In this document: piece after piece, positions 38,109 to 48,128 of the stretch | Layout of the letters: every line of letters begins with the position of its first letter | How positions within the stretch are numbered: position 1 is the stretch's first letter | DNA from: an uncultured Gammaproteobacteria bacterium | GTDB lineage: Bacteria; Patescibacteriota; Microgenomatia; Levybacterales; UBA12049 | NCBI GenBank assembly: GCA_964507055.1 | Contig: CAZDOJ010000001.1 | Location: forward strand, 657,313 to 721,312 | Direction: 5' to 3' | DNA: 64,000 nucleotides | Notes under the pieces: model-generated | Told to the model about the DNA's origin: nothing | Database searches by the model: none | The model's input: the letters and a program-made list of their open reading frames with translations, nothing else | Position numbers and translations under genes: made by a program

Positions 38109-39776
38109 GTGATAGAAGGTTGCCCGCGTTCTGCTGTTACTTCAAAGTTATCTGAAGGTCGTCCCTTACTACCTCTTACTGCGGTTAAAAAATCTCCTGA
38201 ATTAGTACATTCCACTGAAAGAACCATTCAAGAAGAATGTGGTGTAGTGAGCTTTTATAATCCCAATGGCATTAAGCCTGGTGACTTGCAAGACATGTTC
38301 ATGCAAGGTATGCAAGGAGTAAAACACCGCGGCCCCCAAGGGGCCGGTTTTGTATTAAGAACTATGGAAGGTCGAGTAAGTCGTTTTACAGGTGCCGGTA
38401 AGCTCGAAGAATCAATCCCTCAAGATACTTTAAAGAAGGAAATCAATGAAGATAAAGTTACCTGGATGATGGGACATACAAGATATGGAACAACTGGCGG
38501 CTATGCTCCAGAGAATATTCAACCATGTATTGCAGAAGCACTCGATGGCACAAAAATTTACGTCGCACATAATGGCAATTTCTCCGCTACTGAAAAGATG
38601 CGAACAATCCTCGATAAACAATATCCAGAAGATATAAGTGATACATACCTCTTTACACAAGTTCTTGCACAAATGGAGGGAGACTCATGGGATGAAAAGA
38701 TTAGAAAAACAATGAATGCTATTCCCGGAGCTGCAAGTGTTTTGATAGGAATTGGTGATGCACTTTACGCTGCACGAGACAAAAAAGGGATGAGACCATT
38801 TGTCATTGGTAAAAAGGATGATACATGGATGACTGCTTCTGAGACGCTTGCATTTGATAATGCAGGTGCTGAGGTATACAGAGAGATACTCCCAGGTGAG
38901 ATCGTACGATTCGATGATGAAGGTATAACAACTATAAAAAATGGCTCAAAGGAAAAGCAACGAGAATGTGCTTGGGAAGGAGTTTACTTTATGCAAGGTG
39001 AATCGCTGAGCAATCCTTCCCCTGAAGATTTACCACCATCTGAATGGGTTGAAAATAATGTTCTTCGTCGAAGTATCGGTATGCAATTAGCTGAAGAGGA
39101 AAAAGCAAGAGAAATGCATAAGAAACATATCGCCGAAAGTGAAAGGATTGCATATAAACCGTTCCAACCTGACTTTGTCGTAGGAATTCCCCAATCTGGC
39201 ATACCGTTTGGAGAGGGATATGCTGAAGGAATGGGAATACCATATCTTCCACTTGTTAAGAAAATCACACAGGAGCGACAATTTCTTGACCAGGATGTAA
39301 CAGGCATTAAAGAACGAGTCTCCGATAATCTCCTCATTCACGATCCTGAATCATGGAAAGGAAAAGTTGTTGTTCTTGTCGATGATTCAATTGTTCGAGG
39401 AAGTGTTTCAAAAGGATTAACAGAGACACTTCAAGAACTTGGAGCAGAAGTTCACTGGAGATCAGGTCTTCCAATGATTATGGATACATGTCACCTTGGA
39501 GTTAGTATCCGTGAAGAGAAAGAACTTATCGCTGCACGAAACCATGGAGATGAAGATGCAATTGCAGAAGAGGTTGGAGCAGCGAGTGTCCATTATATAA
39601 CTGATGAAGGCTTTAACAAAGGCCGCCGCGGAGAACTGTATGTAGCACCACAAAAAGGCGAAGATGTTTATAAAGTGAATGGATTATGTGGAGGTTGTTT
39701 TACGTCTGGAGAAAACGATTATGCGTACAATAGAGAAAGACCTGTTACAGATATTTTTGTGAGCTTACGACAATAA
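38109..39776 (+). CDS. purF: Amidophosphoribosyltransferase (B. subtilis-type, propeptide + [4Fe-4S] cysteines)
   Basis: QEECGVVSF aligns with B. subtilis NEECGVFGI. The Ntn glutaminase domain and PRTase motif VVLVDDSIVRGS are present, and the C-terminal CGGCFTSGE matches the cluster ligands. The true start is probably downstream of 38109. Confidence 0.8.
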   Translation: MIEGCPRSAVTSKLSEGRPLLPLTAVKKSPELVHSTERTIQEECGVVSFYNPNGIKPGDLQDMFMQGMQGVKHRGPQGAGFVLRTMEGRVSRFTGAGKLEESIPQDTLKKEINEDKVTWMMGHTRYGTTGGYAPENIQPCIAEALDGTKIYVAHNGNFSATEKMRTILDKQYPEDISDTYLFTQVLAQMEGDSWDEKIRKTMNAIPGAASVLIGIGDALYAARDKKGMRPFVIGKKDDTWMTASETLAFDNAGAEVYREILPGEIVRFDDEGITTIKNGSKEKQRECAWEGVYFMQGESLSNPSPEDLPPSEWVENNVLRRSIGMQLAEEEKAREMHKKHIAESERIAYKPFQPDFVVGIPQSGIPFGEGYAEGMGIPYLPLVKKITQERQFLDQDVTGIKERVSDNLLIHDPESWKGKVVVLVDDSIVRGSVSKGLTETLQELGAEVHWRSGLPMIMDTCHLGVSIREEKELIAARNHGDEDAIAEEVGAASVHYITDEGFNKGRRGELYVAPQKGEDVYKVNGLCGGCFTSGENDYAYNRERPVTDIFVSLRQ

Positions 39777-41273
39777 TTTTTTTGCAAAATATTCTTTAAG
39801 CTCTGCAAGCTTAACTCGTTCTTGCTTCATTGTATCTCTGTCTCTGACCGTTACAGCATCATCTTCAAGTGTTTCAAAGTCGACCGTCACACACCATGGT
39901 GTACCGATCTCATCTTGTGCAAGATATCTCTTTCCAATATTTCCGCGAGCATCAAAAATAGCCATGAAATCGTTACTGAGATCCTCAAAAAGAGCATTTG
40001 CTTTCTTTACTAGTTCCTCTTTATTCGCAAGGAGCGGGAAAACAGCAACTTTGTATGGAGCAATCTTTGGATCAATCTTAAGTACAGTTCTATTTTCTTC
40101 TTCAGTGTACGCATCGGCCAAAACCATAAGCATCAAACGATTGACACCAACTGCCGGTTCAATAACATGGGGTACGATTTTTTTCCCTGTTTGTGGATCA
40201 ACAACAGACAAATCTTTATTTGAATAGTTAATATGCTGCGTTAAATCGTAATCAGTTCTATACGCGAGTCCCCATAACTCTTTTATTCCAAATGGAAATG
40301 CATATTCAAGATCTTCAGTTTTTTTACTATAGAATGATCGCTCTTCATCTGTATGAAGTCTCCATCGGAGATTTTCTTCTTTAATCCCTAATTGCTTTGT
40401 CACGAATTCGTGCATTCGCTTTTTCCAAGCTTCGTATAGCGGCTCCCAATCCGACTCTTGCGGATCAAAGAAGTATTCTATCTCCGCTTGATCGAATTCG
40501 ATAGTGCGGAAAATAGAATTACCTGGTGTAATCTCATTTCGGAAAGATTTACCTTGTTGTGCGATACCAAAAGGTAACTTTACACGATTTGATGCTAGAA
40601 CATTTTTAAAGTTAGTAAAGATTAATTGAGCAGTTTCTCCACGAAGATACCCCTTGCCCTCGTCTCCTTCGACAATTCCTAATTGGATAGGAAAGAGCTG
40701 ATTAAACTTACGTACTTTTGTCCAATTATTATCCTTCTTTGGTGTTGAACCACACTTCGGACAAGGAATATTATGTTGTTTAATAATCGCATCAAATTGC
40801 TTTGTACTTAAACCTTCAACTTTTCCTGTCGAAATATATGCTGAGACAACCTCTTTTGTTAAAGGCTCTTCAAATTCTTTATGCTTTTCTGCGTAATCTT
40901 TTAATTCATCTCCATGCACTTCAAGATAATCTTCAACGAGATGGTCTCCACGCATACGTGCTTTACAAACTTTACAATCAACTAAGGCATCAGCAAATCC
41001 CGCTACATGACCTGATGCTTCCCAGATTTTATGATGAGAAATAATACTTCCATCGAGTCCAACCATATCAGGACGTTTTTGGACAAAATATTTCCACCAA
41101 AGATTTTTTATATTTCGAAGGAGTTCTGTACCAACAGGCCCATAATCATAGGTGTTTGCAAGCCCCCCATAGATCTCAGATCCCGGATAAATAAACCCAC
41201 GACGTTTTGCTAGAGCAACAATCTTTTCCATTTTACCTGTGTCAATTGAGGTTTTCTTTTCTTTATCAGCCAT
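39765..41273 (-). CDS. glyQS: Glycyl-tRNA synthetase, alpha2 (archaeal/eukaryal-like) type
   Basis: RRGFIYPGSEIYGGLANTYDYGPVGTEL and the class II motifs. It is a 502-aa single chain. Confidence 0.9.
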   Translation of the reverse strand: MADKEKKTSIDTGKMEKIVALAKRRGFIYPGSEIYGGLANTYDYGPVGTELLRNIKNLWWKYFVQKRPDMVGLDGSIISHHKIWEASGHVAGFADALVDCKVCKARMRGDHLVEDYLEVHGDELKDYAEKHKEFEEPLTKEVVSAYISTGKVEGLSTKQFDAIIKQHNIPCPKCGSTPKKDNNWTKVRKFNQLFPIQLGIVEGDEGKGYLRGETAQLIFTNFKNVLASNRVKLPFGIAQQGKSFRNEITPGNSIFRTIEFDQAEIEYFFDPQESDWEPLYEAWKKRMHEFVTKQLGIKEENLRWRLHTDEERSFYSKKTEDLEYAFPFGIKELWGLAYRTDYDLTQHINYSNKDLSVVDPQTGKKIVPHVIEPAVGVNRLMLMVLADAYTEEENRTVLKIDPKIAPYKVAVFPLLANKEELVKKANALFEDLSNDFMAIFDARGNIGKRYLAQDEIGTPWCVTVDFETLEDDAVTVRDRDTMKQERVKLAELKEYFAKKLLS

Positions 41274-41291
41274 GAAAGTATTATAACACGC

Positions 41292-41957
41292 TTATTGTAG
41301 TTTGGAGAAGATATTGTGGCTTTTGAGCTTACGCTCGAGGATGCTTTCTATCATTGTGTGGGTGTCGAAGTTCTTTGAAAGTGGATCTGATTTATTCCAA
41401 TATCCTAACTCCGAAAGGAGTTCAATCTCGAAATGATGGAGTGTTTCATGCAAAGTCCCTCCTGCCTTTGATAAAGAAACTCTGGGAGCATCATTAACTC
41501 CTAGTCCAAATGTACCAATTGTATAATCATCAATATCTGAAGGAATCGTCAGTGGAGCGTTCATAACAATGTCCTGGTTGGATAAAAGGTTCAGAGTATT
41601 CTTTAATAAATAATACACATTACTATTCTCCTGCTCTTCTGGACAGAGTCCATCAACCAATTCACAGAGATGATACGCAAATCCTACTTTAGTAAAATCT
41701 TGCTTGATCTTGGCATGATCATCAATCATTTTTACTTCTGTCAATACATGCATTCCTTTTCCTTTATAAAGATTTAATGTTGCATGGTTAAGAAGTTCTA
41801 TATGTGCAGATCTCCGACTTGTAATTTTGCGAACACCAGTAGCTTTAATAGTGAGTTTCCCAAAATGCGGGGTAAGAACTGTGACTAATCTATCTGCTTC
41901 ACCTAAATTCTTTCTCTTGATGATGATTCCCTCAGTGCGAGTATTACGCATTGGCAT
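41292..41957 (-). CDS. recO: DNA repair protein RecO
   Basis: N-terminal OB domain TEGIIIKRKNLGEADRLVTVLTPHFGKLTIKATGVRK matches the RecO pattern. Confidence 0.65.
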   Translation of the reverse strand: MPMRNTRTEGIIIKRKNLGEADRLVTVLTPHFGKLTIKATGVRKITSRRSAHIELLNHATLNLYKGKGMHVLTEVKMIDDHAKIKQDFTKVGFAYHLCELVDGLCPEEQENSNVYYLLKNTLNLLSNQDIVMNAPLTIPSDIDDYTIGTFGLGVNDAPRVSLSKAGGTLHETLHHFEIELLSELGYWNKSDPLSKNFDTHTMIESILERKLKSHNIFSKLQ

Positions 41958-42007
41958 TATTAAAGTATATCAGTTTATGAACGAGCAATCGAGCTGAGCT
42001 AGAAAAT

Positions 42008-44017
42008 TTAGAGGTCGAGTTTGGTCTCTTTATCGGTTGTAAGATTAAATGTCTCTTCGGCTTTACCATTAATCGTTGTTGTATATTCATTTCCTGCAGT
42101 ACCAGGTTGCTTTTGGATAAGTAATGGCAATGGTGACCCTTTTTCAAGTTTGAATGGAAGCTTGTATTTAACTTCAAGTGAGCCAACACCCTTTGGCCGA
42201 ACAGTCACAAATCCTTCAATTACTGTCTTTCCAAGGTCTTCAGACGTTGTCATCTTAACTTGGGAACCTTTACTATCAATCAATTCACTACCCTTAGGAA
42301 CATATATACGGATCCAGTCACGATATTCTGCATTCAAACAAAGTCCTCCACGCTCTAGATTACAATCTGATGGTGGGAATGGATTTTTATATTTGATCGT
42401 GAGCGTTTTTGTGATATTTCCGTCTTTGTCGACTTCATATGCATTATCTACAGTTTCTTGCATAAAGATATTTACTTTTGCACCAGAGAAATTAACTTCA
42501 TTAATATGGAGATAATCACCCTCAAATGGCCTTATTTGGCCAGCCGCATTGAGAGCAACGATACCTTGTTGTGCTTGCTCATCATAAAGCTTAAACATAA
42601 TATGCTTTTGCTGCGTCTGAGCAATAATTGATTGGAACAACGGTCCCCAGTATTGTTGTGGAGATGAAGAAAGTGCTTTCACCATAATTGCTGAGATCAA
42701 ATCTCCGATAACACTCTTTCGATCAGTTTTTATGTAATTAACAGGACGGGAGATATCATTCTCAAGTGCGTAAATAACTTGTGGACAATCACATCGTGCA
42801 TCTGTTTCTGTTGTAAACGTCTGGCCACCAGCTTGAACTTGATCATCGAGAATCTTAATTGTAGATACAAGAACATGCGTATCAATAGCGATAATGCCAT
42901 CAACATCTTCCTTTAATGCTGCACGATTGTACATCTCTTCAAAAGTTTTCATCGACTCTAAGAAATCTGGTGATAAATTACTGTCACGCAAATTCAATGT
43001 GTACACCTTTGGAAGGTACTTCAAGATTGGAGCTGGAGCTTTTGGCTTATTTGGGATGGAATCATCTAGCTTATAAATATCATCTGATTTTTCGAATTTA
43101 ATAATACCCTTATCAATACTAAAGACAGCATATGCTGTGATAAATCCACCAGTCGCACGAAGTTCTTTATCATTTTGGAATATTACGAGATACCGCTTCG
43201 CTTCTTGCTCTCCGAGAAGAGATGGAAGTGTTTTGATAAGAGGTTTTGCGTCACTGACAGCTGTAGCTGTTTGATCAGCTGTTACTCGAAGCATTGTAAG
43301 TTGATCTTTTACTTTATTACCAAAAATAATCTTTGGATAATGATTTGGATCTACTTGATCGATCTCTTCTTGAACTTTAACAAGTGAAGCTTCGATCTTA
43401 TCTATTTCAGGTGTGATCTTACCCATACTCAAAACAGCTGTTTTGATACGATCTTCTGTTGATCCACCTGCAAAACTATCATTTCCCTTAAGTCCTAATA
43501 CATCAGCATATGGAGTTAAAGAATCAGCAACTGTTTTTGCACTATCCAATCCATGTTCTCCAGCATTAAGCATATGCTCTGCATCCGAGTAATACCAGCC
43601 AACAATAGGAACAAACTTTAATGGAAGGAGATATCCAAGATTCTTCTGTGTCTCTTTTAATGAAACTTGTGTCTTGGAGATTTCTTGTGAGGCAAGTTCA
43701 ACATTTTGTTTCTTCAATGCATTTTTAATAAGCATTGCTTGTCGATATGTCTTTAATCCAGATTGATATGTAGCGTATGCTGGAATACTAATTAAAACGA
43801 CGATAAGAGCGAATATACCCAAACCAATATAAAGCTTTTTTGAAACTTTAAACTTTTTACCTCCTGTACTTCCTTTTCGTCTTTTTGCCATAGGATCCTC
43901 CGTTATGCTTTTACTGTTTGCGAAATCCTGCGGAGCTTTTCTCGATACATTTGTTGATGATTGTGCTGCAGGAGTTCTTGTTGATTGTGCAAATTCTATT
44001 TTATCAAATCCAGCCAT
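42008..44017 (-). CDS. Large N-terminally anchored extracytoplasmic protein, DUF4012-like
   Basis: 669 aa. A basic N-terminus precedes a TM helix (LYIGLGIFALIVVLISIPAYA). The block RYLVIFQNDKELRATGGFITAYAVF resembles the DUF4012 signature as I recall it. Confidence 0.4.
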   Translation of the reverse strand: MAGFDKIEFAQSTRTPAAQSSTNVSRKAPQDFANSKSITEDPMAKRRKGSTGGKKFKVSKKLYIGLGIFALIVVLISIPAYATYQSGLKTYRQAMLIKNALKKQNVELASQEISKTQVSLKETQKNLGYLLPLKFVPIVGWYYSDAEHMLNAGEHGLDSAKTVADSLTPYADVLGLKGNDSFAGGSTEDRIKTAVLSMGKITPEIDKIEASLVKVQEEIDQVDPNHYPKIIFGNKVKDQLTMLRVTADQTATAVSDAKPLIKTLPSLLGEQEAKRYLVIFQNDKELRATGGFITAYAVFSIDKGIIKFEKSDDIYKLDDSIPNKPKAPAPILKYLPKVYTLNLRDSNLSPDFLESMKTFEEMYNRAALKEDVDGIIAIDTHVLVSTIKILDDQVQAGGQTFTTETDARCDCPQVIYALENDISRPVNYIKTDRKSVIGDLISAIMVKALSSSPQQYWGPLFQSIIAQTQQKHIMFKLYDEQAQQGIVALNAAGQIRPFEGDYLHINEVNFSGAKVNIFMQETVDNAYEVDKDGNITKTLTIKYKNPFPPSDCNLERGGLCLNAEYRDWIRIYVPKGSELIDSKGSQVKMTTSEDLGKTVIEGFVTVRPKGVGSLEVKYKLPFKLEKGSPLPLLIQKQPGTAGNEYTTTINGKAEETFNLTTDKETKLDL

Positions 44018-44087
44018 TATATATAATCCCTTTTCAAAATATTGTACTCACCCGTTCGTAGTCATTAGCGGTACACTCTATGATACA

Positions 44088-44117
44088 GAAAATTTTCTTC
44101 GCTTGTCAACTTGACAA
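44088..44117. promoter_or_regulatory. Two adjacent perfect palindromes, GAAAATTTTC (44088-44097) and TTGTCAAcTTGACAA (44103-44117), in the promoter region of the DUF4012-like gene
   Basis: Read directly from the sequence. The site lies between the stop of the PglC-like gene (44126) and the start of the 42008-44017 gene. The minus-strand reading contains a TTGACA -35-like hexamer. Confidence 0.35.
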
Positions 44118-44125
44118 TATCTGAA

Positions 44126-44794
44126 TTAAGAAGCACCCTTCCCTGAAACCATGGCCCAAGGAGTCTTGAGGATGATGTAAATATCAAGCAAAATTGAATT
44201 TTTTCGTGCGTAATCTGCATCCATTTGGATACGTTTATCAAATTTTACTTCACTACGGCCTGAGACTTGCCAATAGCCGGTAATACCAGGCTTAACAGAG
44301 AGCACTTCTTTCACAAGTCCTTTTGTTTGTGGGTAGGTTTTTTGTTGTCTTTCAAGCTCTTCTGGATAATATGGACGAGGGCCAACAAGACTCATTTCTC
44401 CTTTGAGCACATTTAAAAGCTGAGGGATCTCATCTAATGAATATTTTCGAATAATTCTTCCAAACCGTGTTATTCGTGGATCATTTTTAATTTTGTAATT
44501 TCCACCTTTTTGCTGTTCTTCATATGCTTTTTTAAATTTTGGATCTGTTTTTAATAAGTAATATGCGTTGACGATCATTGATCTAAATTTATATGGATAG
44601 AAAAATTTATTGTCTCTTCCAACTCTTCGTGGAGTGTCTGCAAGAATAGGACCCTTTGATTCTAATTTAATTGCTATCGCGACAAAAATAATAATTGGAG
44701 AAAATAAAAGAAGGAGAAAAACAGAAGAAACAATATCAATAGTTCTCTTTACTATTTCGTAGGTTATGCTTTGAGTATGTTTTTTTGAAGACAT
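44126..44794 (-). CDS. Polyprenyl-phosphate sugar-phosphate transferase (PglC/WbaP-C-like small monotopic PGT)
   Basis: Bac_transf hallmarks SLVGPRP and PGITGYWQVSGRS, with one N-terminal re-entrant helix. Confidence 0.85.
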   Translation of the reverse strand: MSSKKHTQSITYEIVKRTIDIVSSVFLLLLFSPIIIFVAIAIKLESKGPILADTPRRVGRDNKFFYPYKFRSMIVNAYYLLKTDPKFKKAYEEQQKGGNYKIKNDPRITRFGRIIRKYSLDEIPQLLNVLKGEMSLVGPRPYYPEELERQQKTYPQTKGLVKEVLSVKPGITGYWQVSGRSEVKFDKRIQMDADYARKNSILLDIYIILKTPWAMVSGKGAS

Positions 44795-44796
44795 GG

Positions 44797-45882
44797 CTAT
44801 GCCAGATGTTCGTAATCTGTCCCGCTAAGATTTTGTACGAACTTCTTTATCTTAGGGACAGAATCTTTTGGACAAATGAGAATAACATCGTCCATGCTTA
44901 CAACTACTAGACCTTGCAAATCGATACCCACAATCAACTGTTTTGTTTCATTATGCAAAATCGAATCGACACAATCTTCAAGCAATACTTTACCTTTTGT
45001 GACATTTGCATCAATATCATCACTGAGAGCTTCTTTTAAGGCTTCCCATGCACCAATATCACTCCATCCAATATCAGCTGAAATTACCATACCTGCTTTT
45101 GGATCCATCTTTTCTAAGATAGCATTATCAAAGGAGATCTTGTCTAATTTAGGATATGTTTCAGCCAATACTTTTTCATAGTCATCGGTACCATGTGCAT
45201 CTTGAATCTTTTTAAGATCTTTAAATAACTCTGGTGAAAACTCTTCAAATAGCTTCCAGAGAAATCTTGGAGTTGTAGCGAAGTATCCTAAATTCCATGA
45301 ATGTCGATTATCTTTTGCCCATTCTTTTGCAGTTTCAAGTGCAGGCCTATATTGAAACCCTGTAAATTCATGCACAGGAAATCCTTCAACATTTTCAGTT
45401 TCTTTCCCAAATTCAATATAACCAAGGTTTTGATTCGCGAATCGAGGCTTTTGTCCGATAAATACTATTTTCTCAGGATCCTTAAGAACTAGTTTTTCAG
45501 CAACACGAAGAATCTTACGGAACTCTGCTTCCTTCTTCACAAGGTGATCACTTCCCCAAAGAAGGACAATTGGTTCATCTGGGTTTGTTTTAACGAATTG
45601 CGAGATAACGAGTCCAACAGCGGGACCGACATCACGCATTTCAGGTTCAACAATGACGTTTGTCTCAGGTAGCTCAGGCAATTGCTCATGAATATGTCCT
45701 GCGTATTGTGTACCTGTTGAGATGTAGACATCTTCCCATGCAAATTCAGGGAATAACTTGTGAACAGCTATTTGGAGCATGGAACGATCAGCGATGATCT
45801 TTCCAAATTGTTTGGGAGCGTTTTTACGTGAGAGTGGCCATAATCTACTTCCAACTCCCCCTGCAAAAAGAACTATTTTCAT
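44797..45882 (-). CDS. Mannose-1-phosphate guanylyltransferase (ManC/GMP-like NTP-transferase)
   Basis: MKIVLFAGGVGSRLWPLSRKNAPKQF is a canonical ManC N-terminus. Confidence 0.8.
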   Translation of the reverse strand: MKIVLFAGGVGSRLWPLSRKNAPKQFGKIIADRSMLQIAVHKLFPEFAWEDVYISTGTQYAGHIHEQLPELPETNVIVEPEMRDVGPAVGLVISQFVKTNPDEPIVLLWGSDHLVKKEAEFRKILRVAEKLVLKDPEKIVFIGQKPRFANQNLGYIEFGKETENVEGFPVHEFTGFQYRPALETAKEWAKDNRHSWNLGYFATTPRFLWKLFEEFSPELFKDLKKIQDAHGTDDYEKVLAETYPKLDKISFDNAILEKMDPKAGMVISADIGWSDIGAWEALKEALSDDIDANVTKGKVLLEDCVDSILHNETKQLIVGIDLQGLVVVSMDDVILICPKDSVPKIKKFVQNLSGTDYEHLA

Positions 45883-45905
45883 ATCGTATCTGTACCATTA
45901 TAGTA

Positions 45906-46991
45906 TTAAATCACTTTCTTCACAAGTCTAAGAAACTCCTCCTTAAACTTTTTTTCACTGAACTTCTCGGCATTCTTTCGAACAGCTTTTTTATCAAACT
46001 TCATTTGATCAAATTGTTTCAGAGCATCAATAAGCGACCCAACCGTTTGTTGCTCAAAGAATAAACCTGTTTTCCCTGCTACAACGGTATCCAACGTACC
46101 GCCTTTGCGTAATGCAATGACAGGCTTTCCAAAAGCTTGTGCTTCAACGACCACCAATCCAAAATCCTCAACTGCTGGGAAAATGAGTGCTTTGCAATCT
46201 CGATAATAGGTAATCAATTCTTTATCGGTTAAGTTTCCAAGAAATTCAACTGTTGGACCAGCCATTGATTCTAGCTCTTGCTTCCAACTTCCTTCTCCAA
46301 CAATTTTTAGAGGAAGCTTTAATTTATTACATGCCTCGATAGCGATATCGACACGCTTATACTTGGTAAACTTTGAAAGACGCGAAACTACAAGAAAGTA
46401 CCCTTTGTCTTTACTTTGTGCCATCGTTTTAGCTGATGGAGCCAACGTAACTGGAGGATACACAATGAGGGATTCACGTTGGTAGTATTTTGTAATTCGT
46501 CCCTGAACTTCTGATGATATTGCCACTAACATATCCGGACGTGCTGCAGCTGCTTTATCCCATTTCCGTAAATATGATACAACTGGATTTGCGGCCATAC
46601 GTAAACCGGGATTTTTAAAATACTCTTCATAACCGCTCCAAAGATATCGAGTAGGAGTCAAGACATAGCTAATGTGTTTTGTTCCAGGCTTGGTAATTAT
46701 TCCCTTTGCAGCTTCACTTGTCACAGATATAACTAAATCATAGTTCTCAAATGAAAACCGCTCAAACGCCATCGGCATAAGAAATGGATACATTTCATGA
46801 TTTTTAACTGCATGAGGATATTTTTGTAAAAAAGAGGTTTTGATATCAAACACATCTGCCCACTTTGCAGTATGGGAATTATATACAGATGTAAAAAGAG
46901 GAGCTTTTGGGAATAGCTTGTGCAGGGCGAGAAGAACACGCTCTGCCCCACCCCATTTATTAACTCTATCGTAAACTAACGCTACTTTCAT
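45906..46991 (-). CDS. GT4 glycosyltransferase
   Basis: Retaining GT-B C-domain ...EDFGLVVVEAQAFGKPVIA... (EX7E region). Confidence 0.8.
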   Translation of the reverse strand: MKVALVYDRVNKWGGAERVLLALHKLFPKAPLFTSVYNSHTAKWADVFDIKTSFLQKYPHAVKNHEMYPFLMPMAFERFSFENYDLVISVTSEAAKGIITKPGTKHISYVLTPTRYLWSGYEEYFKNPGLRMAANPVVSYLRKWDKAAAARPDMLVAISSEVQGRITKYYQRESLIVYPPVTLAPSAKTMAQSKDKGYFLVVSRLSKFTKYKRVDIAIEACNKLKLPLKIVGEGSWKQELESMAGPTVEFLGNLTDKELITYYRDCKALIFPAVEDFGLVVVEAQAFGKPVIALRKGGTLDTVVAGKTGLFFEQQTVGSLIDALKQFDQMKFDKKAVRKNAEKFSEKKFKEEFLRLVKKVI

Positions 46992-48105
46992 AAACTTTCA
47001 CTGTTTCTTCAGCCATTTTCTTCCATGAGAACTGCTTTGCAAGAGCCATACCCTTTTCCTTTTTGGCTTGATATTGTTCTATATTTTTTAGAACTTTTTG
47101 CATTGTATCACTCATATTATCTATATCAAGCGGATTAAAGTAGATTGCAGCATCTTTATAGATTTCTTTAAATACCGGAATATCTGATGCAAGCACTAAG
47201 CACTGCTGCTGCATAGCTTCTAATCCTGGCAATCCAAACCCTTCCATCAATGAAGGAAAAACAAAGGCTTGAGCATTCTTATAGAGAGAACCTAGTTCTT
47301 CATCCGACACTATGCCTGTAAAAATTATACTTTTTTCAATAGATAATGTACTTGCATATTTTTCAAGCTCTTGGTAAAAATAATTCTTTTTTCCGACAAG
47401 AACTAGTTTTGTGGCAGGGAACTTCTCCAAAACATTTTTAAAACTTCTCAGCATACGTTCAATATTTTTATGTGGATAGGCATTCCCAACATACAATAAA
47501 TATTGCGTGCTATGAAGCGAGTGCAGCAGATCATTCTTTGAATGTGTATGTATTGATAAATGAGGGTCTACTCCCTCGTAAATAACGGCTATCTTTTTTT
47601 CTGAAATAGGTAAATGATCTTGTATCTCTCGTTTTGTTGCTTCTGAAACAGCAATAATTTTTTGAGCTTTTTTAGCTGTTTGCTTAAGAATAAATTTATA
47701 CCCAAGTCGTTTTAAATGGTACATTAGCGAAGGCAATGTCGATGCTTTACCTGTTGGAAAATGATTGATAATAAGATCGTGAATTGTAATAACGTAGGGC
47801 TGATTATATAGAACAGGAATAGAGAAGTAAGGGAAATGCACAAGATCTAAAGACTCGTTTTCTAAAACTTTATAAAATAATAATTGCTCTTCAATACTAT
47901 GCCATTTGATATCAGTTTCTACCAATTTCCATCGACTAGCTTTCGCTTTTGTAAAGTTAAAAACTTCATTCGACGATGCAGCTGGAGTAACAAATAAAAC
48001 ATACTGATTCTTCGTATCTATTTGTTGAAGTTCTGTAATAAGATTGCGGATATATCTACCTACACCAGTTTCATTCCAAAGCCTGGCATCAATACCTATT
48101 CTCAT
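46966..48105 (-). CDS. GT4 glycosyltransferase
   Basis: From the internal start MRIGIDARLWNETGVGRY (ATG at 48103-48105) the protein runs to a C-domain EGFGLPGLEAM. Confidence 0.8.
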   Translation of the reverse strand: MRIGIDARLWNETGVGRYIRNLITELQQIDTKNQYVLFVTPAASSNEVFNFTKAKASRWKLVETDIKWHSIEEQLLFYKVLENESLDLVHFPYFSIPVLYNQPYVITIHDLIINHFPTGKASTLPSLMYHLKRLGYKFILKQTAKKAQKIIAVSEATKREIQDHLPISEKKIAVIYEGVDPHLSIHTHSKNDLLHSLHSTQYLLYVGNAYPHKNIERMLRSFKNVLEKFPATKLVLVGKKNYFYQELEKYASTLSIEKSIIFTGIVSDEELGSLYKNAQAFVFPSLMEGFGLPGLEAMQQQCLVLASDIPVFKEIYKDAAIYFNPLDIDNMSDTMQKVLKNIEQYQAKKEKGMALAKQFSWKKMAEETVKVYESSVSLR

Positions 48106-48128
48106 GAATAAAGTATAACACAGCCGTA

